DNA from: an uncultured Gemmatimonadales bacterium
GTDB taxonomy: Bacteria; Gemmatimonadota; Gemmatimonadetes; Gemmatimonadales; GWC2-71-9
Length of the DNA stretch: 64,000 nt
Direction: 5' to 3'
Assembly: GCA_963840215.1 (NCBI GenBank)
Contig: CAWIYG010000002.1
Location: 533,087 to 597,086 of the forward strand
Position 1 is the stretch's first letter. Each line of letters starts with the position of its first letter. The notes under the pieces are model-generated. The model searched no databases. It saw only the letters and a list, made by a program, of their open reading frames with translations, and was not told the DNA's origin. Shown here one piece after another: positions 17,816 through 26,187 of the stretch. Both the position numbers and the translations under genes were made by a program.

Positions 17816-19745
17816 CTACACCTGAATTTGCGCGCCGAGCTCGAGCACCCGGTTGGGCGGCAGGTTGAAGAAGGCGGTGGCGGACTGGGCGTTCCGCGCC
17901 ATCACGATGAACAGGAGCTTGCGCCAGCCGGCCATGCTGGACGGCCCGGTGGGCAGCAGCGTCTCGCGCCCCAGGTAGAAGCTGGTCTCGGTCGGCCGGG
18001 CGCGCAGCCCCTGGCGCTCGGCCGACGCCAGCAGCGCCGGCACGTCGGGCGTCTCCATGAAGCCGTAGCGCCCCACGATCGTGTAGAACCCGTCGCCCAG
18101 CACCTCCACCACGGCCCGCTCCTCGGCCCGGACCTGGGGGATCTCGTCCCCCTCGATCGACATGATGACGACGGTCTGGTGCAGCACCTTGTTGTGCTTG
18201 AGATGGTGCAGCAGGACGACCGGAACGCCGGTCGGGTCCGAGGTCATGAAGACGGCCGATCCGGGCACCCGGGTCGGCTGGCGCCGGGCGATGTCGCTGA
18301 GAAACAGGTCGATCGGCAGCGCGCTCTCGCGGAGGGTGGTGGCGACGATCTGCCGGCCCCGTTTCCAGGTCGTCATCAGCAGGTAGACGCCGAACGCCAC
18401 CACGATCGGGAACCAGCCGCCCCGCGGGATCTTGACGAGGTTGGCCCCGAGGAACGCCAGGTCCACGAACAGGAACAGGCCGCCGACGGCGAGAATCCGC
18501 CAGCGCGGCCAGTGCCAGCGGTCGCGCGCGACGGCGCAGAAGAGGAGCGTCGTGATCGCCATCGTCCCGGTGACCGCGATGCCGTAGGCGGCCGCCAGAT
18601 TCCCCGACGACCGGAAGGTGAGCACCAGCAGGACGCAGGCTACGCCCAGGAGGCGGTTGATGCCCGGGAGATAGATCTGGCCGATCTCGGTCTGGGAGGT
18701 GTGCCGGATCGTCACCCGGGGACAGTAGCCGAGCTGCACCGCCTGCCTGGTCAGGGAAAATGCGCCCGAGATCAGCGCCTGCGATGCCACCACCGCGGCG
18801 GCCGTAGCGAGGGCGACCATGGGGTAGAGCGCCCAGGCGGGCACGAGCGAGTAGAACGGATTGACGGCGGCCGCCGGTCGATCGAGCAGGAGGGCGCCCT
18901 GCCCGAAGTAGTTGAGGATCAGCGCCGGCAACACCACGGCGAACCAGGCGAGCCGGATGGGGCGCTTGCCGAAGTGACCCATGTCGGCGTAGAGCGCCTC
19001 GCCGCCGGTCACAACCAGCACGACCGCGCCCAGCACCAGGAAGCCGCGCAGGCCGTCGCGCAGGAAGAAATCAACCGCGTGCCAGGGATTGACGGCGGCC
19101 AGCACTTCTGGATGGCGCAGGATGCCGCTCACCCCCAGCACCGCGATCGACCCGAACCACACTACCATGACCCGTCCGAACACCGCTCCCACCCTGGCCG
19201 TGCCGCGCCGCTGGAACATGAAGAGCGCCACGAGAATGACGCTGGAGACGATGGGCACCACCCACGGCGGGAACTGCGGCGCCGCGATCGCGATGCCCTC
19301 GACCGCGCCGAGCACCGAGATGGCCGGGGTGATGACGCCGTCGCCGTACAGCAGCGCCGCGCCGAACAGGCCGAGCCCGGCGAGCAGGGGGCGCGCGACG
19401 AGGCGATGGCGGCGCGGCCTCAACAGGGCGAGCAGCGCCATGATGCCGCCCTCGCCGCGGTTGTCGGCCTCGCATGATGAAGGTCAGGTACTTGAGCGAC
19501 ACCACGAAGTTGAGCGACCAGAAGATGAGCGACAGGACGCCCAGCACGTTCGCCGCGCTGGGGGCGAGCCCGTACTCCGGTGCGAAGCATTCCTTGAGGG
19601 CGTAGAGCGGGCTGGTACCGATGTCGCCGTAGACCACGCCCAGCGCGGCCAGCGCGGTGGCGGCAAGTGCCTGCCGCCCTCCTGCGGTTCCGGGCACGGG
19701 TGACTCCGGCGCCTCGACCGCGCCGGCGTCCGGGGCCGTTGTCAT
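17816..19745 (-). CDS. kup: KUP/HAK/KT potassium transporter (copy 1); one frameshift near 19450
   Basis: The N-terminus in ORF 19071..19745 ([19 protein letters not shown]...) joins ORF 17816..19441 ([17 protein letters not shown] ... [13 protein letters not shown] ... FYLGRETL ... [12 protein letters not shown]). Confidence 0.9.
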
Positions 19746-19748
19746 GAG

Positions 19749-21694
19749 CTAGAACTGAATCTGGGCGCCCAGCTCGACGACCCGGTTGGGCGGAAGGTTG
19801 AAGTACGCGGTGGCGGACTGCGCGTTCCTGGTCATCACAATGAACAGCTTCTTGCGCCAGCGCGCCATCCGGCCGACCGTCGACGCGGCGGCCTGCGCCC
19901 GGCGCTTGCCGTCGACGGCGATCAACGTCTCACGGCCCAGGTAGAACGTGGTGCTGGTGAGCGCGACTGCCACCGGCTTGCCGTCGCTGCCGGTATCCCC
20001 GAGCGCCCGGAGGATCGCCGGCACGTCCGGCGTCTCCATGAAGCCGTAGTGGGCGACCACCTGGTAGAAGCCCTCGCCCAGCTCCTGGCACCGGACCCGG
20101 TCGGCCTCGGCGACCTGGGGGATCTCCTGCGTGACGATCGACATCAGCATCACCTTCTCGTGCAGCACCTGGTTGTGCTTGAGGTGATGGAGCAGCACGG
20201 GCGGCGCCCCGGTGATGTCCGAGGTGAGGAAGACCGCCGCGCCGCGCACCCGGTGCGGCTGCCGGCGGCGGATGTCCTCGAGGAAGAGGTCCATCGGCAG
20301 GGTGTTCTCGCGCACCAGCGCGGCCAGCCGCACCCGCCCCTTCTTCCAGGTCGACATCAGGATGAACACCAGCGCGGCCACGACCAGGGGGAACCAGCCG
20401 CCGTGCGGGATCTTGAGCAGGTTGGCGCCGACGAAGGCCAGGTCCACCGCCAGGAAGAGCGCCGTCACCGACGCCACCTTCCACGTGCTCCAGCCCCACC
20501 GCTCCCGCGCCACCACGGCGAACAGGATGCTCGTCATGGTCATGGTGCCCGACAGGGCCACACCATAGGTGCGCGGCCAGGCGGTCCGCCGAGCCGAACG
20601 TGACGACCAGGCCGAGGCACGCCACCATCAGCAGGTTGTTCACGGCGGGGATGTAGATCTGGCCGATCTCGGTCTTCGAGGTGTGCACGATGTTGACCCG
20701 GGGACAGTAGCCGAGCTGCACCGCCTGGCGGGTCAGCGAGAAGGCGCCGGAGATGAGCGCCTGGGACGCGACGACCGCGGCCGCGGTCGCCAGCGCCACC
20801 ATCGGATAGAGCGCCCACCCCGGCACCAGCGAGTAGAACGGGTTGCGGGCCGCGGAAGGATCGTGCCAGCAGGAGCGCGCCCTGGCCGAAGTAGTTGAGG
20901 ACCAGCGCGGGCAGCACCACCACGAACCAGGCGAGCCGGATCGGCCGCCGCCCGAAGTGGCCCATGTCGGCGTACAGCGCCTCGCCGCCGGTGACGACCA
21001 GGATGATCGCCGCCAGCACCATCAGATCCGGTGCCAGCCCTTCGCCGGAGGAAGAAGTCGACCGCGTACCACGGGTTGAGCGCCCGCAGCACCGACGGCT
21101 GGTGGGCGATGCCCGTGATGCCGAGCGCCGCGATGGCAGATGAACCAGATCAGGGTGACCGGGCCGAACACCGCGCCCACGCCGGCCGTCCCGCGCCGCT
21201 GCAAGGCGAACAAGCCGAGGATGATGACGAACGCGATCGGAACGACGCAGGTGCTCGAGCGCCGGCGTGGCGATGCTGAGGCCTTCGACCGCGCCGAGCA
21301 CCGAGATCGCGGGCGTGATGATGCCGTCGCCATAGAGCAGCGCCGAGCCGAACAGGCCGCGCGGCCACCAGCACCCGTCCGAGGCCGCGCGGCGTCTCCC
21401 TTGGGCCGCGCCAGCGCGAGCAGCGCGAGAATGCCGCCCTCGCCCCGGTTGTCGGCGCGCATGACCATCGTGAGGTACTTGAAGGTGACGACGAAGTTGA
21501 GCGACCAGAAGATGAGCGAGAGGATGCCCAGCACGTTGGGCTCGTCGACCGGAAAGCCGTGGGGACCCCATGAAGCACTCCTTCAGTGCGTACAGCGGGC
21601 TGGTGCCGATGTCGCCGTACACCACGCCCAGCGCCCCGAGCGAGAGGGTCGCCAGCGCCCGGCCGACGGGCGGCGCCTTTGCCGGATCGGACAC
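19749..21694 (-). CDS. kup: KUP/HAK/KT potassium transporter (copy 2); many frameshifts
   Basis: Fragments in ORFs 20540..22129 ([41 protein letters not shown]; [41 protein letters not shown]), 21022..21534, 19930..20826 and 19749..20561 (...[12 protein letters not shown]). GTG 21694 lies 1 nt after the VKOR stop. Confidence 0.8.
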
Positions 21695-21695
21695 C

Positions 21696-22129
21696 TCAGC
21701 CGGCCTGCGGCTCCGGCGCCCGCCGTAGCGCGAGGAGGGCCAGGACGAATCGACAGGATGATGAAAGCCGAGCCAACGCACCAGCGGCAGATGGCGTGGA
21801 TAACGAACAGCTCGAGGTAGGTGAGGTAGACCGTGAACAGCACGCCCCCGCCGGCGAGTCCGGCGAGCAGCGCGGCCGGCCACCGCTCCCCGGCCAGCGC
21901 GGGTCGCAGCGCCATCAGGCCGACGCAGAACAGCAGGCCGTACCCGACGAGGCCGATCAGCGCGACGTCGACGCCCAGGAACCGGCTCCACGACGCTGGT
22001 CTGGACCGTCTCGCAGCCGCCCGTGCCGCAGGCCAGCGTACCGATGCGGCCGATCTTGTACAGGTAGAGATATGCCGACACGAACACGCCCACGAGACTC
22101 AGGAGCGCCGCGCCCATGCGGTAGATCAT
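21696..22129 (-). CDS. vitamin K epoxide reductase (VKOR) family protein; frameshifted
   Basis: MIYRMGAALLSLVGVFVSAYLYLYKIGRIGTLACGTGGCETVQTS (loop Cys pair) and ...FTVYLTYLELFVIHAICRWCVGSAFIILSI (CxxC) from ORFs 20540..22129 and 21583..21915. The tail FVLALLALRRAPEPQAG-stop is in a shifted frame. Confidence 0.75.
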
Positions 22130-22798
22130 TTCGCGCTGGCAGCGCGCGGCGCGAGCGAATCGACCAGTCGAGTGATGGCGTCCGAATCGAAGCGGCCCTG
22201 GTACAGCCGGCCGCCCACCAGCAGCGTCGGCGTCGAGCTCACGCCCGCTTTCGCGCCTTCCTCATAGCCGGCCTGGATGCGGCCGGCGTACTTCCCGGCG
22301 GCCATGCAGGCGTCGTACTGTCGCGACGTCGAGGCCCCGGCCTCGCGGGCGTAGCGGCGGAAGATGTCCGCCGCGTCCCGCGACACCGACCACTCGGCCT
22401 GCCCCTCGTAGATGTGCTCGTGCTGGTCCCAGTACTTGCCCTGCTCGTCGGCGCAGGCCGCGGAATGGGCGGCGACGCGGCGCATACTGGTGCTGCTGGA
22501 GGGGAAAGTCGCGGTAGCGCCAGCGCAGCCGGCCGGTCTTGATCAGCCGCTCTTCGATCGTCGGCATCTGCAGCGTGGCGAAGGTCTGACAGAACGGGCA
22601 CTGGTAGTCGGCGTACTCGGTGATCTCGACCGGAGCGTTCTCCGCTCCCTTCAGGTACCCTCGAAAGCCCGCGGTGTCCTGCGGCTGGATGGTCACGTTC
22701 GCCGGGATGCTGACCGTGGCCGGCTTGGAGAGCTGGTAGCCGAGCAGGCCGATGCCGACGACGGCTACGGCCCCCAGGATCGCGTAGAAGCGGCTCAT
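22126..22798 (-). CDS. DsbA-family thiol:disulfide oxidoreductase; one frameshift near 22490
   Basis: MSRFYAILGAVAVVGIGLLGY (anchor) ...EITEYADYQCPFCQTF (CPFC) in ORF 22262..22819, continued by ORF 22126..22485 (...GVSSTPTLLVGGRLYQG...). ATGA overlaps at both ends. Confidence 0.8.
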
Positions 22799-23106
22799 TC
22801 CGACGGGCGATGCCGCCATGGTTCGTCGTCCTCCGGTTCGTCCGGGTGAAACTGATCCTGCCGCTGGGCCTCGTCTACGATCCGACGGCTCTCGGCGACT
22901 TCGGGGGTGTCGTAGGTGACGCGAACCTCGTAGTGGAACATCTCGCTGCGGGCATCGCCCATCAGCCGGAGCAGCTCCGGAACCCCGCCGAGCAGCTGGC
23001 CGTTCTTGTCCAATTGGCGGATGCGCTCCGCCAGGGCGCGCAGCATCTCCGCGAGCCGGTCGGCGCGCGCGTCATCATACACTTCGTCGTGCTCTGGCAT
23101 GGCCAC
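22795..23106 (-). CDS. small acidic hypothetical protein (103 aa), first gene of the dsbA-vkor-kup-kup string
   Basis: Intact ORF MAMPEHDEVYDDARADRLAEMLRALAERIRQLDKNGQLLGG... Its stop overlaps the dsbA ATG. Confidence 0.55.
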   Translation of the reverse strand: MAMPEHDEVYDDARADRLAEMLRALAERIRQLDKNGQLLGGVPELLRLMGDARSEMFHYEVRVTYDTPEVAESRRIVDEAQRQDQFHPDEPEDDEPWRHRPSE

Positions 23107-23198
23107 CTCGAGGGGCGGCGGCTCCCTCGGTCAAGTTCATGTAAATGCTGCCGATAAACATAATCAGGGGACCCCTGCACCGGGGAAAAAGGGAGGGT

Positions 23199-23216
23199 TT
23201 GCACCAAATGGTGCAA
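23199..23216. promoter_or_regulatory. perfect 8-2-8 palindrome TTGCACCA-AA-TGGTGCAA in a divergent promoter region
   Basis: Read directly. It lies between the divergent small genes 22795..23106 (-) and 23282..23548 (+). Confidence 0.5.
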
Positions 23217-23281
23217 CCGGTTAGATTCCGGCGCGGTAAAGACCGCAAACTCAAGCAGGTTCGACGCCCAAAGGAAGGTGC

Positions 23282-23548
23282 ATGAACAAGAAGAAGCCCC
23301 AGCGTGACCCCGAGCCCGTGGCTTTTGCCCAGGCCCGTGACGAGATGTTCAGTCACATTCTCCGGTGCGGCGTCATCGATGCGCTGCCGGAGCACCAGAA
23401 GGACTGGTTCGACGACACCATGCTCTACCTGGCCGATCGCTACGAGGACCTGTCCGAGGAGGAGCTGGCTCAGCTCCGCCAGCTGGGCGAGCGGTTCTCT
23501 CAGCCGGTTCAGCGAAAGGCCGAGGCCGTCGAGACCGGCGCGGCGTAA
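23282..23548 (+). CDS. small hypothetical protein (88 aa)
   Basis: Intact ORF MNKKKPQRDPEPVAFAQARDEMFSHILRCGVIDALPEHQKDWFDDTMLYLADRYEDLSEEELAQLRQLG..., with AAGGAAGG upstream of the ATG. Confidence 0.55.
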   Translation: MNKKKPQRDPEPVAFAQARDEMFSHILRCGVIDALPEHQKDWFDDTMLYLADRYEDLSEEELAQLRQLGERFSQPVQRKAEAVETGAA

Positions 23549-23573
23549 GCCGAATCTGGTCGGGTCATGCCGT

Positions 23574-23601
23574 CGCCCCGGTGCAGCGCTGCACCGGGGC
23601 G
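23574..23601. terminator. 28-nt perfect palindrome between convergent genes
   Basis: CGCCCCGGTGCAGC/GCTGCACCGGGGCG. It starts 26 nt after the TAA at 23546-48 and ends 9 nt before the stop of the minus-strand gene at 23610. Confidence 0.55.
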
Positions 23602-23609
23602 ATCTGCGT

Positions 23610-24098
23610 TCAGGACCCCGCGTCCGGCGGCCAGCGTCGCCAGCGGAAGCCCGCCGCCAGCCTCGCGCCACCGCCAACACCCGCCTCGACGAACCAGCCC
23701 GCCCGCCCGCCCGGCCGCGCCTCGAGGCCGAGCGCCAGCACGAGATAGCCCTGGTCCACCGGCCCTCCCACCACCGCCACCCCGCCCGCCCCGTAGACTC
23801 CCGCCCCTCGGCGCCGCGTCGGATTGAGGAGAAAGTACGCCAGCAGTTCCCCGCGCCAGGCGGCGTCACCGTCGCTCACGCCCGCGCCCGCGGCAACCGA
23901 GATCCGTGTCCGTTGCGAGGTCCGGATCGCACCGTACCCGCCGGCCACCACCAGCGCCGGGTCCGACGCGGTGGCAATCCCCGTGATCCCGAGCTCGATG
24001 ACCTGTTGCGCCGTTGCCGGCGATCCGGCCGTGGCCGCCGCGAGCAGCGCCCCGAGGGCGCGTGCCGCGGCCGCCCAGCTAGTCCAGCGTGAGCCCAT
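23610..24098 (-). CDS. secreted Gly/Ala-rich protein, possibly a small outer-membrane beta-barrel
   Basis: Signal peptide MGSRWTSWAAAARALGALLAAATAGSPATAQQ, alternating beta-like segments, C-terminal ...AAGFRWRRW. Confidence 0.5.
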   Translation of the reverse strand: MGSRWTSWAAAARALGALLAAATAGSPATAQQVIELGITGIATASDPALVVAGGYGAIRTSQRTRISVAAGAGVSDGDAAWRGELLAYFLLNPTRRRGAGVYGAGGVAVVGGPVDQGYLVLALGLEARPGGRAGWFVEAGVGGGARLAAGFRWRRWPPDAGS

Positions 24099-24489
24099 GC
24101 GTGAGCCGGATGTCCGGCGCGAGCGAGTGGATCACCGAGCAGTACTTGGTGATCGACAGCTCGATCGCGCGCCGGGCCTTGGCCTCGTCGAGCCCGTCGC
24201 CCCGGAGATGATACTCCAGGTGCATGGCCGTGTAGCGCCGCGGCTCCGTCTCCCGCCGCTCGCCGCTCGCCTCGACCCGGAAATGCGTGAGCGTGACCCG
24301 CATCTTCTCCAGGAGGAGCACGACGTCCGAGGCACTGCACGACGCAGCGGCCAGCAGCAGCGTCAGCATCGGTCCCGGCGCGGCGGCATTGTCGCCGTCG
24401 ATCGTGGCGATTGGGCCGCCCGGCTCGCCGCCCCGGAAGACGAGCTTGCCCTCCCAGGTGAGCGTCACCCGCTTCGCCTGGGCCGTCAC
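24079..24489 (-). CDS. OsmC family peroxiredoxin-like protein
   Basis: ...GPMLTLLLAAASCSASDVVLLLEKMR...ELSITKYCSVIHSL..., with the two conserved Cys in OsmC-like context. Confidence 0.8.
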   Translation of the reverse strand: MTAQAKRVTLTWEGKLVFRGGEPGGPIATIDGDNAAAPGPMLTLLLAAASCSASDVVLLLEKMRVTLTHFRVEASGERRETEPRRYTAMHLEYHLRGDGLDEAKARRAIELSITKYCSVIHSLAPDIRLTHGLTLD

Positions 24490-25051
24490 GGTTCGGTGCC
24501 TCCCCCAGCCGCCGCTCGGCGGCGGGTGCCACGCGGTAGTAGTCCCAGATGGCGTAAATGGCGATCGCCGTCGTCGCCCACGCCAGCGGCCGGAGATGGG
24601 GCGACTCGGCCAGGAAGGCCACCAGGGTCAACACCTGGGCCACCGTCACCGCCTTGCCTCCCGCCCGCGCCGGAATGGCGCGCGGGCGCCGGGAGAAATA
24701 GGTGACGGCGAAGGCGATGGTCGCGACCAGATCCCGAAGCAGCACGCCGAGGATCTCGTACCACTCGAGCCGCCCGCTCACCGCCACCACGCCGAAGGCG
24801 GACGCCATGAACAGCTTGTCGGCGACGGGATCGATGACCGCGCCGAGCTTGGAGCTGCCGAACCGGCGCGCGAGCTGGCCGTCGAGCAGGTCGCTCCCGG
24901 CGGCGGCGGCCAGGAGCACCAGGCGCGCGTCGTTGGACACGAACGGAAACGCGATCGCGAGCGGGATGCGCACCGCGCTCAACAGGTCCGCGGTGGTCCA
25001 CCCGTCGCGGCCTTGCTCCCCCTCCGGGCGCGGACTAGGTTCGGACGGCAT
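24486..25051 (-). CDS. CDP-alcohol phosphatidyltransferase family protein; frameshift just before the stop
   Basis: Motif DLLDGQLARRFGSSKLGAVIDPVADK (D-x2-DG-x2-AR...G-x3-D-x3-D) in ORF 23876..25873. ATG 25051. The stop that overlaps the OsmC GTG (GTGA, 24486) is in the frame of ORF 24486..25001. Confidence 0.75.
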
Positions 25052-25069
25052 GGCGTGCAAGATACTCGC

Positions 25070-25843
25070 ATGACGCTGGACACCGCGGTCATCCCCTGTG
25101 GCGGTCGCGGCACGCGGCTCCACCCGATCACCCGCTGGCTGCCCAAGGAAATCCTGCCGGTAGGGCTCCGCCCGATTCTCTACTGGACGCTGGACGAAGC
25201 CGCCGACGCGGGCCTCCTCCGAGCCATCATCATCACCAACCCCCACAAGCCGCTGCTCGAAGCCGCCGCCCGTGCCTACGAGGGGCCGCTCGAGCTCGAG
25301 TTCGTGCCCCAGGATCATCCTCGCGGCCTCGGCGACGCGCTGCTCCGCGCGCGCGACCAGCTCGCCGGATCGCCGTTCCTCGCGCTCCTGCCCGACAATC
25401 TGTTCCAGGGTCCCAACCCCAGCGCGGCCGTGGCCGCGAGCTTCCGCGCCTCCAGACTCGCGACCGTCCTGCTCGCCGAGATCCTGCGCGAGGACGGCCA
25501 CGCCAAGGGACCGACGGGCCGGGCCACCGTCCGCGGGACGGCGGACGGCGAGCTTCGGGTGACGGCGGTGGCGGACAAGGGCACGGGGCGCTTCGAAACG
25601 GAGGGCGAGGCCGCCGCGATGACGCCGATCGGTCGGATGGCGTTCCCAAGCGGAGCGCTCGATGAATTCGAGGATGTCGGGCGAGGTCTGCCCGCGGGCG
25701 TGGAGCTCGACGACGTGCCCGTGCTCCAGCGTCTCGCGCGGCGCGACGCGCTCGCCGGCGTGATCAGCCGCGCGGCCTTCTTCGACGTCGGGGTGCCCGA
25801 AGGGTACCGGGACGCCGTGTCGGCCTTCCCTCCACGCGTCTGA
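25070..25843 (+). CDS. sugar-phosphate nucleotidyltransferase (GalU/UTP-glucose-1-phosphate uridylyltransferase-like)
   Basis: MTLDTAVIPCGGRGTRLHPITRWLPKEILPV... in ORF 24287..25843, from ATG 25070. Confidence 0.75.
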   Translation: MTLDTAVIPCGGRGTRLHPITRWLPKEILPVGLRPILYWTLDEAADAGLLRAIIITNPHKPLLEAAARAYEGPLELEFVPQDHPRGLGDALLRARDQLAGSPFLALLPDNLFQGPNPSAAVAASFRASRLATVLLAEILREDGHAKGPTGRATVRGTADGELRVTAVADKGTGRFETEGEAAAMTPIGRMAFPSGALDEFEDVGRGLPAGVELDDVPVLQRLARRDALAGVISRAAFFDVGVPEGYRDAVSAFPPRV

Positions 25844-25860
25844 CCGCCGGGCCCGCCCGC

Positions 25861-26187
25861 GTGGACGCCGCATTCAACTCGCACGTGCACGAGCTCACCG
25901 GCATCAGCGGCGCGCGCCTGGCCGACGGCGGCGGCCTGTCCGCCATCGTGGTCGCGGCCGCGGGCGCCGTCGGGATGCCTCCGCTCGGGCCGCCGCTCGT
26001 GCGCGAGAGCCCGGGCGGCGTCGCGGTGGCGCTGCTCTGCCGCGAGGGCCACATCGTGCTCCACACCATTCCCGATGAAGGACTCTGCTTCGTGTCCGTG
26101 GTCGCCCGCGCGCCGGTGGACGTGCGGCGGGGCGTGGAGGTGATCAGCCGGGGGCTCTCGAGAGACGCGGGGCGGCGAGCCCCGTGA
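25861..26187 (+). CDS. S-adenosylmethionine decarboxylase (SpeH/PF02675)-like small protein lacking the processing serine
   Basis: ...GGVAVALLCREGHIVLHTIPDEGLCFVSVV aligns by eye with the SpeH core ...[24 protein letters not shown], but has EG where ES is cleaved. Confidence 0.6.
   Translation: MDAAFNSHVHELTGISGARLADGGGLSAIVVAAAGAVGMPPLGPPLVRESPGGVAVALLCREGHIVLHTIPDEGLCFVSVVARAPVDVRRGVEVISRGLSRDAGRRAP

Noticed and set aside
17816-21694. The tandem kup genes as an assembly duplication artefact.
   Set aside because: The two copies differ substantially at the protein level along their length, so they are real paralogs.
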